The notes: generated from the letters alone by a model not told the origin. Positions 37,776 through 50,661 are shown, counted from the stretch's first letter. The stretch is DNA of 64,000 nt from Octopus vulgaris (GCA_951406725.2 OX597823.1:90644001-90708000), one strand, 5' to 3'. Program-made: numbers and translations.

Positions 37776-40464
37776 GCCAGGGCTACCCGATGGACAGAAA
37801 GACAGTTTCTATGACACCCTACTGCAGACCACCTCATCGACGAACGACAGGGACCTTCTCTTTGTGGCTGGTGATTTCAATGGGCATGTTGGACGACATG
37901 CTGGGGGCTTCCATGGCGTACATGGAGGCTACGGTTATGGTTCCCGCAACGAGGAGGGAACCAGGCTGCTGGAGTTCTGCGATGCGAATAGTCTTATGGT
38001 CTGCAACACTAACTTCAGGAAACCAACAAGCCACCTGGTCACCTACCGATCGGGCCAGCATACTAGCCAAATCGACTACATCCTTGCCAGAAAAAGGGAA
38101 AGATGGCTGCTTATAAATGCCAAAACCTTCCCAGGCGAAGAATGCACCCCACAACATAGACTGGTAGTTAGTGACTTTAGGATCAGGACTAAGAGGGCGA
38201 CTAGAAGACGACCAACATGGAGAATAAGGGTCTGGAAGCTTAAAGCCCCTGTGAATGGACAGAGATTTAGAGATATGTTACTTGAAGCCTTTGACGAAGT
38301 GGAAGGGGGTATAGCTACACATGGGGTAGAAGACAACTGGACGTTTCTGAGGGACGACCAGATCTGTGGCTGGTGCAAAGTCCCCTTAAGACCCAAAATA
38401 ACGTGGTGGTGGAACAATATTGTTGACAGGGCTATTAGACAAAAGAAACAGGCTTGGAAGGCCTGGAAGAACGGTGGTAGCAGGGAAGGGTATCAGACTG
38501 CCAGAAGGGAAGCTAGGAGACAGGTCTATCTAGCCAGAGGGGAAGCAGATAAGAGAAAATTTGCCAATGTCCTGCGCCGTGAGGATGAAAGACTTGAGGT
38601 ATTTCGTGTTGCAAGACAGTGTGTGAGAGAGAATCGTGATGTGGTAGGAGAGAAATGTGTTCGCATGGAGGATGGTTCACTTGCGCTAAATGAGGATGCA
38701 AAGAGAGAAGCTTGGAGACGCCACTATGAAAGGTTACTGAATGAGGAAAATGAATGGGATAAAGAGAGTCTGCCGAATGTTGACCCTACAGAGGGACCAG
38801 CTATCCGAGTTGATAGTTCCGTGGTAGCTAAGGCAATTAGAAGCATGAAGACAGGGAAAGCCCCAGGCCCATCAGGAATTACTGCAGAGATGCTCAAAAT
38901 ATCTGGCAGTGTCGGCTATAACCTAGTCACCCGTATAGTCAACCAGGTGATACACGAAGGAGTCATACCCAATGACTGGTGCAGCAGCATACTAGTCAAC
39001 TGCTACAAAGGTAAAGGTGATGCCCTAGATACAAATAATTACAGAGGTATCAAGCTGTTGGATCAAGTAATGAAGGTTACGGAGAGGGTCATAGCCCAAC
39101 TAATTAGAGAGAGAGTTAGTTTAGATGAGATGCAGTTTGGGTTCGTGCCAGGGAAAAGTACCACTGATGCTATATTCCTGGTAAGGCAGCTGCAGGAGAA
39201 ATACCTAGCCAAAGATAAGCCCCTGTACCTGGCTTTCGTTGACATGGAGAAAGCTTTTGATAGGGTCCCCCGATCCCTTATCTGGTGGTCAATGAGGAAA
39301 CTAGGGATAGATGAATGGCTGGTGAGGACTGTGCAAGCCATGTACAGAGATGCCGTAAGTAAGGTTAGGGTTGGCAACATGTACACAGAAGAATTCAAAG
39401 TAGAGGTTGGGGTCCACCAGGGTTCAGTACTCAGCCCCCTCCTATTTATCATAGTACTCCAGGCAATTACGGAGGAATTCAAGACAGGCTGTCCCTGGGA
39501 GCTCCTCTACGCTGACGACCTTGCTCTTATTGCTGAGTCACTATCAGAACTGGAGGAGAAGTTCCAGGTGTGGAAGGAGGGTTTAGAATCAAGGGGCCTT
39601 AGAGTCAACCTAGCTAAAACCAAAGTACTAATAAGTAGAAAGGTAGACAATCCACAAATATCTTCAGGAAGATGGCCCTGCTCGATCTGTAGAAAAGGTG
39701 TAGGTAGAAACTCTATAAGATGTACCCAGTGTAAGCTATGGACACATAAGAGGTGCAGCAATGTCAAAGGTAGGCTAACTGGGAAGATAGTTTTTGTATG
39801 TGGCAGATGCTCGGGAGCATTAACCTCCGAAAATCTGCAGAAAACAACTTCCGTCACTTTCCAGGGGGAAAAACTAGAAGTAGTTGATAGCTTCCGTTAT
39901 CTAGGTGACCAAGTCAGTAGTGGGGGTGGGTGCGCTGAAAGTGTAACTGCTAGAATAAGAATAGCCAGGGCAAAGTTTAGGGAGCTCTTACCTCTGCTGG
40001 TGACTAAAGGCCTCTCGCTCAGAGTAAAAGGCAGACTGTATGATGCGTGTGTACGAACAGCCATGCTACATGGCAGCGAAACATGGGCCATGACTGCTGA
40101 GGACATGCGTAAGCTCGTGAGGAATGAAGCCAGTATGCTCCGATGGATGTGTAATGTCAGTGTACATACTCGACAGAGCGTTAGCACCTTGAGAGAAATG
40201 TTGTACCTAAGAAGCATCAGTTGTGGTGTGCAAGAGAGACGATTGCGCTGGTATGGTCATGTGGCGAGAATGGATGAAGATAGGTATGTGAGAAAGTGCC
40301 AATCCCTAGCAGTTGAGGGAACCCGTGGAAGAGGTAGACCCAGGAAAACCTGGGACGAGGTGGTGAAGCACGACCTTCGAACTTTAGGCCTCACTGAGGA
40401 AATGACCAGAGACCGAGACCTTTGGAAATATTCTGTACGTGAGAAGACCAGGCAGGACAAGTGA
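37765..40464 (+). CDS. RTE ORF: C-terminal APE half + reverse transcriptase + PHD-type finger (899 aa)
   Basis: GDFNGHVG, QIDYIL, QHRLV (APE); KAPGPSG, NYRGIKLL, QFGF, DMEKAFD, GVHQGSVLSPLLF, YADD, FRYLG (RT); LRWYGHV..RGRGRPRKTW, typical of RTE C-termini. Confidence 0.95.
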   Translation: MPLKPGLPDGQKDSFYDTLLQTTSSTNDRDLLFVAGDFNGHVGRHAGGFHGVHGGYGYGSRNEEGTRLLEFCDANSLMVCNTNFRKPTSHLVTYRSGQHTSQIDYILARKRERWLLINAKTFPGEECTPQHRLVVSDFRIRTKRATRRRPTWRIRVWKLKAPVNGQRFRDMLLEAFDEVEGGIATHGVEDNWTFLRDDQICGWCKVPLRPKITWWWNNIVDRAIRQKKQAWKAWKNGGSREGYQTARREARRQVYLARGEADKRKFANVLRREDERLEVFRVARQCVRENRDVVGEKCVRMEDGSLALNEDAKREAWRRHYERLLNEENEWDKESLPNVDPTEGPAIRVDSSVVAKAIRSMKTGKAPGPSGITAEMLKISGSVGYNLVTRIVNQVIHEGVIPNDWCSSILVNCYKGKGDALDTNNYRGIKLLDQVMKVTERVIAQLIRERVSLDEMQFGFVPGKSTTDAIFLVRQLQEKYLAKDKPLYLAFVDMEKAFDRVPRSLIWWSMRKLGIDEWLVRTVQAMYRDAVSKVRVGNMYTEEFKVEVGVHQGSVLSPLLFIIVLQAITEEFKTGCPWELLYADDLALIAESLSELEEKFQVWKEGLESRGLRVNLAKTKVLISRKVDNPQISSGRWPCSICRKGVGRNSIRCTQCKLWTHKRCSNVKGRLTGKIVFVCGRCSGALTSENLQKTTSVTFQGEKLEVVDSFRYLGDQVSSGGGCAESVTARIRIARAKFRELLPLLVTKGLSLRVKGRLYDACVRTAMLHGSETWAMTAEDMRKLVRNEASMLRWMCNVSVHTRQSVSTLREMLYLRSISCGVQERRLRWYGHVARMDEDRYVRKCQSLAVEGTRGRGRPRKTWDEVVKHDLRTLGLTEEMTRDRDLWKYSVREKTRQDK

Positions 40465-40555
40465 GCCCAGCCCACTTATGAATGCCTTTCCTCCCTTGGA
40501 CACAAAGACCGGTTGAGGCAAGCGAAGTCGATATAGAACCTCATCCGACGACAGA

Positions 40556-40990
40556 CACCCATGCCAACCCCCCATGCTTGCGAAGACATGTTGGGGCAAG
40601 CGAAATCGAAACCGAATTGAACCAGCCAGGATCCCTGGCCTGGTGGTACGTAAAAAGCACTATCCGACTTGTGGCCGTGGCACGTAAAATACTCCAATGC
40701 GACCGTACGACAGGCACCCATGCCAACCCCCTTTGCTTGTGAAGACATGTTGGGGCAAGCGAAATCGAAATCGAATTGAACCAGCCAGGATCCCTGGTCT
40801 GGTGGTACGTAAAAAGCACTATCCGACTCGTGGCCGTGGCACGTAAAATACTCCAATGCGACCGTACGACAGGCACCCATGCCAACCCCCTTTGCTTGTG
40901 AAGACATGTTGGGGAAATCGAAATCGAATTGAACCAGCCAGGATCCCTGGTCTGGTGGTACGTAAAAAGCACTATCTGACTCGTGGCCGA
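40556..40990 (+). repeat. 159-bp tandem repeat (~2.7 copies) in LINE 3' UTR
   Basis: CACCCATGCCAACCCC starts at 40556, 40715 and 40874. Confidence 0.95.
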
Positions 40991-42837
40991 TGCCAGCACC
41001 GCCTCGACTGGCTTCCGTGCCGGTGGCACATAAAATACACCAATCTTACCGTGGCCGTTGCCAGCCCTGCCTGGCACCTGTGCAGGTGGCACGTAAAAAG
41101 CACCCACTACACTCACGGAGTGGTTGGCGTTAGGAAGGGCATCCAGCTGTAGAAACATTGCCAGATTAGACTGGAGCCTGGTGCAGCCTTCTGGCTTCCC
41201 AGAACCCCGGTCGAACCGTCCAACCCATGCTAGCATGGAGAACGGACGTTAAACGACGATGATGATGATGATGATGATTACTTTTTCACTTTTAATGTGG
41301 TTTTATTATTTAAAAAAAATGTCTATTTTATCACCTGCTCAGAGTTTTGTTCTCTAGTTTTCTTCGTGTATTCAACTATCTTCTTTTAAAATACACACAC
41401 AAGATATTCCATTTATTTTATGGAAAAGAAATTGAATAAATATTCTAAATTGTATCAGTTCACAGAAAATATCTCTTCTCTATTTATGTCTATATCTGAA
41501 ATGAAACATCTTTTGTACATATAAACCTATATTAACCCTCTACATATACCATGTGTGATGTACAGGATATATTTTTTTTTGGCATCCATGCATCATATAT
41601 GAAACACATACTCTAGCAGGTGAAAAAGTAAGGTAACTTGAAACTTATGAAAGAAAAGCTTTGTGTGACTCAGAATGTATGAAATATGGGCTAACTAAAA
41701 GCATGGACATTTAATAAAAACTTCTGAAAATACTTTGCACAGGCAAAGAATTAATCACCCCAAAATTTAATTTCATGAATCAATATAGATAATTAATGGT
41801 GGAGGAAATATTTTCGTTTGTTTTTCTTGAGATGTTTCTATATTTCTAAGGTTCTGCTAATATAAATAGGAGACAGAATGTATATGCATTATATTATTGA
41901 TGAGGTAAAGTTAAAAGACGATAATGAGAATTGAGGAGGAAGAGAGAAAGTGAGAGAAAAAAACAGTGTGGTTGAATAAAGAAAAGAAAAATGGAAGAAA
42001 TGAATGTAAAATAGAGTGAGCAGGGTATGACAAAGAAAAAATAGGCATACAGTTAGTCCACACACACATATACACATTTAGAGATTCATATGTATACATA
42101 CATGAAACCTGAGGAACACACAAACTCAGGTATAGTCGCATGGTAGGAAGTTTGCTTCTGAACACCATGATTTGGGAGTTCAGTCCCAAATATAATTTTG
42201 CTTTACATACATTATAGCCAGAATTAAAGACGGGATGGTCACCACTGGATTACTTTGCATAATAAAACTGTTGAATCAGAGCTGTTCTAGAGTCAAGCAA
42301 CAACACTATCAAACTCTGCACATGTGTTATGCACAGAAAGCACACACATTTTCTTATGTGTGCATGCATTCACACATGCACACTCACATGCATATGTCTG
42401 CATGCACACACATTCTCACACACACATGCATATGTGCACATGCACACTCACACACACATGCATGTGTGCATGCACACACATACTCACACACACATGCATA
42501 TGTACACATGCATACACACACACTCATGCATATGTGCACGTGCACACACACACAATTTTTTCCTATCTTTCTCTAAAATTCCAATGATTAGAACTATCAG
42601 AGCTTTGTTCCTTTTTATGCCAGTTTTTCTGTAATAATATGAGTTTGATGCTTATATGATAATTATTTTACAGCTGGATGCTCTTTCTGTCACTAACCTT
42701 TACATGTCTTTCAGTAAAGGATTTTTTACTTCACATGTTTTCAGAGGTGCAGAACAACCAAACAACTGGTTGACAGAGATGACAGCAATAGCTTCAGAAA
42801 GTTTTGTCAAGCGGAACTACAGACATACACACACACA

Positions 42838-43000
42838 TGACAGGCTTCTTTCAGTTTCCATCTACTGCCAATTCCATTTACAAGCCTTTGGTGAGCCGAG
42901 GATCACAGTAGAAGACAATTGCTCAAAGTGCCACACAGTGGGACTGAACCTGAAGCCATATAGTTAGGAAGTGATCCTAACCACACAACCAAGCCTACAT
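42838..43000 (-). mobile_element. SINE family A, 5' half
   Basis: Reverse complement of the head and core. Confidence 0.7.
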
Positions 43001-43034
43001 TCATTTTAATAAATTTTATACATGCATACACATC

Positions 43035-43900
43035 GTGATTATCCTTTAATGCTTGTTTTCCATGCTGCCATGGGTTGGACGGTTTGACCAGAGTTGGCAA
43101 GAAGGGGAGCTGCACCAGATTTCTATCTGATTTGGCATGGGTTCTGCAACTGGAAACCCTTCCTAGTGTCAACCACTTTACAGAGTGCGCTGGGTACTTT
43201 TATGTGGAACCACCACATGGTGTCACATGGTACTTTTACGAAACACCACATGGGTGCTTTTATGAGGCAGCATATGGGTGCTTTTACGTGATACCACATG
43301 GGTGCTTTTATAAGGTACCACATGGGTGCTTTTATGTGATACCACACGAGTGCTCTTATGTAGAACCACCCCATGGTGTCACACGGTGCTTTTATTTGGC
43401 ACCCCACAGGCGCTTTTACGAGGCACCACATGGGCGCTTTTATGAAGCAGCACATGGGTGCTTTTACATGATACCACATGGATGCTTTTATGTGTCGCCG
43501 CACAAGCACCTCTACATGGCACCACATGGACACTTTTAAGTGACACCACCACAAGTGCTTTACACCACAAGAAGGATCGGTCTTAATTCTGCTGTGGAAT
43601 ATGGGGTCTTCTTGAGTTCAGCAAAGCACCAGGCATCTCAATCCTTTGTCATCTCACCTGAAATGCTCAGCGTTGTGAGGTCATTCTTCAGTACCTCATC
43701 CCATGTCTTCCTGGGTTTTCAAATTCCATTGGACAGTTTGACCAGAGCTGGCAAGCAGGAGAGCTGTACAAGGTGCCAGTCTAACATGGCTTGGTTTCTA
43801 TAGCTGGATGCCCTTCCTAACACCAACCAATTTACAGTGTGTACGGAGAGGGTGGCTTTTAACATGACACTGTCACGAGTGCTTTCTACATGGCACCAGC
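43035..43900 (-). mobile_element. Old RTE 3' fragments containing a 24-bp minisatellite (43190-43570)
   Basis: RTE tail homology at 43035-43200 and 43725-43870; ORF-end homology at 43660-43715; CCACATGGGTGCTTTTA units. Confidence 0.7.
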
Positions 43901-44289
43901 ATGGGTACTTTCTGATGATACTCTCAAGACTGTAAGGTCAGTGTTTCAATTCCTGGACTTACAAGAGCATTTTGTTCTTGAACAAAGCAGCTTCATTTCA
44001 CGTTGCTCCAGGCCACTCACCTGTAAATGGACAACCCAGCAACCGTTTGGATTGGCATTTTGTTCCGAGGAATTGTTGTGATGTTGTTAAGTTATACACC
44101 ATGGAAACCTGTTATCTGGCGCTGAGATTCCTTTATTTTATCGACCCCCAAATGGATTAAATGCATAAAAATAATAAAGTCACAGCCAAATACAAGACAT
44201 TATTACTCAAGACTCTAACAAGACTGGGCACCAAAAGCAATACTTTAAGAAGAAGACGAGAAGAAAGATATGGGAAAGGATGGTGGAAG

Positions 44290-44725
44290 ACTATGGAGAA
44301 AAGGGAAGAAGAAGAAGAAGAAGAAGAAGAAGGGAAAAAGAAAAAAAGATGAAAAGAAAAAAGAAAAGGGGAGGGGAAGAAGGAGAAGAAGAAGGGGGAG
44401 GAGGGGGAGAAGGAGAAGAAGAAGAAACAGCAGGGAAAAAGAAGAAAAGATGAAAAGAAAAAAGAAAAAGAAGAGAAGAAACAACAGGGGAAAAGAAAAA
44501 CGATGAAAAGAAAAAGGGAAGGGGTAGAAAAATGAAAGAGAAGAAGGAGAAGAAGAAGAAGAAGAAGAAGAAGAAACAGCTGGGGAAAAGAAAAAAGATG
44601 AAGAAGAAAGTAGATAAAGAAAAACAAGAAGAAAATGAAAAAAGGAAAGAAATAATGAAAAACCGAAGGAAAGACAGAAAGAAGGAAAGTAAGAAAGAAG
44701 GATGGGAAGAAAGAGAGAAAGCAGC
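44290..44725 (+). repeat. (GAA)n / purine-rich tract
   Basis: Directly visible. Confidence 0.85.
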
Positions 44726-45214
44726 AGACAGAATTGGAATCCATAAAAGCAACACCTGGAAATCAATGTCTACAATTCTCTCAACAACCAATGTGACCAT
44801 GGAAGTGGTTTGTTAAGACTTTGCTTGTTCTTCTGCTTGTTGTAGTTGTTCTGTTTTAGCCTAGATTGGTGGGAGAGTCAGAAAAAAATCTATACATTTA
44901 CATAAGTAATTGGCTGAGATGGTTTTTATGGTGGAATGTCAATCTTGGCGCTATCAGCCATATCGTACAGGATTGGTGCCTTATTTTCTAGCAGAGTAAT
45001 TTTGCCAGTCTATAAATGCAGGTGAAGGGAGAGTGTATAGGGGGGGGGGGGGTCGGTAAATGCACACATACATACATGCAAATATGTGAGCATGTGCATA
45101 TCATATGAGTGTGCACATATGTTTATGTACACATGTGCGTCTGTATACATATATACATATATATACACACACACATATATATATATATACATAGACATGC
45201 ATATATACATAGAT

Positions 45215-46568
45215 ATCATCATCATCATCATCATCGTTTAACGTCCGTTTTCCGCGCTAGCACGGGTTGGACGGTTCGACTGGGGTCTGGGAAGCCAGGG
45301 GCTGCTCCAGGCTCCAGTCTGATCTGGCAGAGTTTCTACGGCTGGATGCCCTTCCTAACGCCAACCACTCCGCGAGTGTAGTGGGTGCTTTTTACGTGCC
45401 ACCTGCACAGGTGCCAGGCGGGTTCCGGCATCGGTCACGATCGGTTGGGGCTTTTAACGTGCCAGCAGCAGGGAAGCCAGCCAACGTTCGGATGGTCTTT
45501 TTATGTGCTACTGGCACAGGAGCCAGTCGGGGCGGTGCTGATATCGGCCACGTTCGGATGGTGCTTTTTATGTGCCACCGGCACAGAAGCCAGTCGGGGC
45601 GGTGCTGGCATTGGCCACGTTCGGATAGTGCTTTTTATGTGCAACCGGCACAGGCATCACAACTACTATTTCCATTGATATTTATTTCGACGTTCATGTT
45701 CATGTACTTGACTCAACAGGTCTCCTCAAGCACAGCGGGACGTTCTGGGATCCGGGGTACTTTGAATGGGCAGGGGCTATGTGGAACTGATGCAGGAAGC
45801 AGCCCGGGTCTTTGCAGTCACAGCATATCTCCAGAGATCTCGGTCCTTCGCCATTGCCTCAGTGAGGCCCAACGCTCTGAGGTCATGCTTGACTACCTCA
45901 TCCCATGTCTTCCTGGGTCTACCTCTCCCCCTGATACCTTCAACTGTTTGGGAGTGGCACTTCTTCACACATCTCTCCTCATCCATCCACAGCACATGAC
46001 TATACCATCGCAAGCGTCGCTCTTGCACACCACATCTGATGCTTCTTATATCCAGCATTTCTCTCAGGGTGATTACACTCTGTCGTGCGTGCACACTGAC
46101 ATTACACATCCAGTGGATCATGCTAGCTTCATTTCTTTCAAGTCTACCCATGTCCTCTGCAGTCACAGCCCATGTTTCACTACCGTGAAGCATGGCAGTT
46201 TCCACACATGCATCATACAATCTACCTTTCGCTCTGAGGGAGAGACCCTTTGTCGCCAGTAGGGGTAGGAGCTTCTGAACTTTGCCCAGGCTATTCGTAT
46301 TCTAGTGGTGGTACTCTCTGTGCAACCACCTCCACTACTAACTTGGTCACCCAGGTAGCGGAAACTATCAACTACTTCTAGTTTCTCTCCTTGGAGTGTG
46401 ATGGAAACTGTTTTCTGAGTGTCTGTGGTGTCTATTGTCCCTGTGCATCTGCCGCACATGAAAGCTATCTTATCTGTTAATTTCACTTTAATGTTGCTGC
46501 ACCTCTTGTGCATCCATAGCTTACATTGGGTGCATCTTATGGAGTTTCTACCTACACCTTTCCTACAG
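45215..46568 (-). mobile_element. 5'-truncated RTE LINE, related subfamily (PHD finger to tail)
   Basis: ORFs 46163-46585 and 45777-46220 match the C-terminus of the 899-aa ORF; frameshift near 46270; (GAT)n tail. Confidence 0.95.
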
Positions 46569-46614
46569 TCTCCTTTCATGCCCACTACATCTGATTCCTG
46601 TCATATATATATAT

Positions 46615-47056
46615 ATCATCATCATCATCGTTTAACGTCTGTTTTCCATGCTAGCACAGGTTGGACGGTTCGACCGGGGTCTGGGAAGCCAGGAGGCTGC
46701 ACCAGACTCCAATCTGATCTGGCAGTGTTTCTACAGCTGTATACCCTTCCTAACGTCAACCACACAGTGAGTGTAGTGGGTGCTTTTTACGTGCCACCAG
46801 CACAGGTGCCAGGGGAGGCTGGCAGCGGCTATGATCGGTTGGTGCTTTTTATGTGCCACCAGCACAGAAGCCAGTCAAGGCGGCGCTGGAATCAGCCACG
46901 TTTGGATGGTGCTTTTTACACAGGTATCACAACTACTATTTCCATTTGATATTTATTTCGATGTTTATTTACTTGACTCAATAGGTCCCCTCAAGCACAG
47001 TAGGTCATGTGCCACTGGCACAGAAGCCAGTCAAGGCAGCGCTGGCATCGGCCACT

Positions 47057-47058
<2 letters not shown>
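46615..47058 (-). mobile_element. RTE 3' UTR copy
   Basis: Colinear with 45215-45740; flanked by (TA)n. Confidence 0.9.
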
Positions 47059-47093
<35 letters not shown>

Positions 47094-47421
47094 CTTGGAG
47101 AACAGAAAGGGCTAGTTCGACGAGTCATGTTCTGTCCTTACCTTCGAAACACGCATGGAGTCGAACTAGGGACAGCTGATGAAGGGGAATTTTCCTTGTG
47201 TTGTTTGTCTTGTACTCTGTTTTTTTGTTGTTAAAAAAGGTCCGTTTCCATGTTTGTTTTTACGTTTTCGTTTCTCGTTGAGTTCTACGTCTATTTATGG
47301 TGTCCTGTACTCACGTATATATATTTATATATGCATGTATATATACATGTAGATGTAGGTATGTACATATATGTATGTATGTATGCATATATTTTATTTA
47401 TTAAATTATATATATATATAT

Positions 47422-47612
47422 ATCATCATCATCATCATCGTTTAACGTCTGCTTTCCATGCTAGCATGGGTTGGACGGTTCAACTGGGGTCTGGCAAGCC
47501 CGAAGGCTGCACCAGGCCAGTCAGATCTGGCAGTGTTTCTACAGCTGGATGCCCTTCCTAACGCCAACCACTCCGAGAGTGTAGTGGGTGATTTTATGTG
47601 CCACCGACACAG
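47422..47612 (-). mobile_element. RTE 3' tail copy
   Basis: (CAT)n-CGTTTAACGTC..., as in other tail copies. Confidence 0.9.
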
Positions 47613-48059
47613 GGAATTAGGGATTTGTGTGTGTGTGGAGGGGGTCAGGAACACGAGGGGAGAGAGAGAAAGAAAATCGAAGCAACTAGTTTGAATACTA
47701 TATTTGAGGGGAAAATAAATTAGATGAATGAATGAAAGCCAGAGAGAGAATGAAAATAAATAAATAAATAAAAAATACGACATGATATATGATACGAGGG
47801 GGCATATTTTGAAGGAGAATGGAATAAACAACGAAGATGACGCTGAAAGAAAAGATAAACTTTAAAAATGCATGAAGACGCCATGTTTAGAGAATAGAGA
47901 AATGAAAGGGGAACAGATCAAGGTATCCAAACAAATGCTTAAAAATAGGAAAGTAGCAGGTTGAGAGTTAAGGACTTAGCTGGCCATTTTTGAAAATCCG
48001 TGTTTTCTCTGGAGGTGTTGCGAGTAAATGAGGAGGAGATACGATCGCCCACTGGCTTT

Positions 48060-48670
<611 letters not shown>

Positions 48671-48682
48671 TGTATATCCTCA

Positions 48683-48915
48683 TTATCCATTTAACATGTA
48701 CTTTTCCATGCTTGCATGAATCAGATGGTGTTTACTGAGGCAGGTTCTCTACGGCTGGATGCCCTTCCTGTTGCCAACACTCACTCGTTTTCAAGCAAGG
48801 AAATATTTCACCATGGAAAGACATGTCCTTGTAGAATATTTGAAGTGAACGACACTGCTTGTATGACAGTGACACTCATTTACAATTATCTTTCACTGTC
48901 ATAACAGAGATACAT
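48683..48915 (-). mobile_element. SINE 3' portion with RTE-like tail
   Basis: Reverse complement resembles 19395-19625; includes GGATGCCCTTCCTGTTGCCAAC. Confidence 0.55.
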
Positions 48916-49240
48916 AAACCTACACACACAACAACAACATCATTTAATATCCGCTCGCCAGGCTGGCATGAGTAGGATGGTTTGACAGGGAGCCAATGAG
49001 CTGCAGGGCTGGGTCGATCACAATGTCACTTCCATCATATGCATGTATGAGAGTGTATGTGTATGTGTGTATACATGAGAGTTTCTGTTAACCAAACCCA
49101 TTCACCAGGCTTTAGTCAACCTACAACTGTAGTAGAAGACACTTGCCCAAAGTACCACACGGTGGGAATGAACTCAGAGCCATGTGGTTGGGAAGTCAAC
49201 TTTTTACCACACAGCCACATCTGCATATATTCATATATAT

Positions 49241-49650
49241 ACCGAGACCTTTGGAAGTATGCTGTGCGTGAGAAGACCCGGCAGGACAAGTGAGACCATA
49301 ACCCGTGGCCTCTACACGGGATGTAGCCAGTCCACTTATGCATACCTTTCCTTCTTGGGACACAAAACTCTACTTATGAAGACCTGTTGAGGCAAGTGAG
49401 AATCGAAATCGATCAACATCAATGGAAATTGCAACTGTGATACCAGTGCCAGTGGCACGTAAGAGAACCATCCGAACGTGGCCGTTGCCAGCGCCACCCC
49501 GACTGGCCTCGTGCCGGTGGCACGTAAAAAGCACCATCCGTTCGTGGCCGTTGCCAGCCTCGCCTGGCCCCCGTGCCGGTGGCATGTAATAAGCACCATC
49601 CGATCGTGGCCATTTGCCAGACTCGTCTGGCACGTAAAACGCACCCACTA
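49241..49650 (+). mobile_element. RTE fragment (ORF end RDLWKYAVREKTRQDK plus part of 3' UTR)
   Basis: Matches 40412-40464, followed by GGCACGTAAAAAGCAC modules. Confidence 0.9.
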
Positions 49651-49716
49651 CACTGATATATTATATCAGTATGTATGTATATATATCAACTCGCGTGTTC
49701 CTTTTCATCCTTATAC

Positions 49717-49753
<37 letters not shown>

Positions 49754-50052
49754 CGACAAGAAATAATTTTTGTCTCCTTTTATGGAGACAAAAAGGTTTA
49801 TAAAACTGCAAAAAGAAGTGCTCAAATGTAATTGAGACAGAGATTAAAAATTCATTAATCAGAGAATTTATGAAATGAACTTCTTTGATGTACTTTTTTG
49901 TTTGAGGGAAGTAAGAAAATTGTTTTAGTCAATTGATATTTTTTTCATTTAGATTTTTAGTCATATGACATGCTTAAAATGTTTAGCTGATTATAAATAC
50001 TTTCTTTGATAAGCTGTTCTATATATTTTCATTTTTATTCGCTTATACATAT

Positions 50053-50460
50053 AGGCACAGGAGTGGCTGTGTGGTAAGTAGCTTGCTTACCAACCACATG
50101 GTTCTGGGTTCAGTCCCACTGCGTGGCACCTTGGGCAAGTGTCTTCTACTACAGCCTCAGGCTGACCAAAGCCTTGTGAGTGGATTTGGTAAACAGAAAC
50201 TGAATGAAGCCCGTTGTATACGTATATGTATATATATATATGTGTACGTTTCTGTGTCTGTGTTTGTCCCCACAACATCGCTTGACAACCGATGTTGGTG
50301 TGTTTACGTCCCCATAACTTAGCAGTTCGGAAAAAGAGACCGATAGAATAAGTGCTGGGATTACAAAGAATGAGTCCTGGGGTTGATTTGTTCAACTAAA
50401 GGTGGTGCTCCAGCATGGTCACAATCAAATGACTGAAACAAGTAAAAGAGTAAAGAAAAG
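50053..50460 (+). mobile_element. SINE family A, full length
   Basis: A and B boxes, CORE-like segment, internal microsatellite, GAAACAAGTAAAAGAG end. Confidence 0.85.
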
Positions 50461-50630
50461 AGTATATATATTTGTTACCTTCTGTGTTTTTTTTATATAT
50501 GTATACTTTAAATGTTCAAAAGCCATGGTAATATTTATATGTGATCAAATGTTTGAAGGTATGGTGTTATATATAAAGTCGTTGACACAAATTTGATGTT
50601 TGTTCTCTAATCAATGTTTTATATATATAT

Positions 50631-50661
<31 letters not shown>

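Larger units (their letters stand above)
37204..41278 (+). mobile_element. Near full-length RTE-clade LINE (5' boundary uncertain)
   Basis: Single APE+RT coding region, no ORF1 seen, ~800-bp 3' UTR and (GAT)n tail; no TSD identified. Confidence 0.9.

Noticed and set aside
37412-41236. Antisense and alternative-frame ORFs over the LINE, including the 231-aa ORF 40541-41236
   Set aside because: Shadows of the real ORF or of 159-bp (multiple of 3) repeats
43075-43554. PHGCFY-repeat His/Cys-rich protein
   Set aside because: In-frame reading of a 24-bp minisatellite embedded in an antisense LINE tail
45267-46262. 331-aa + strand ORF
   Set aside because: Antisense to the truncated RTE copy; no independent motifs
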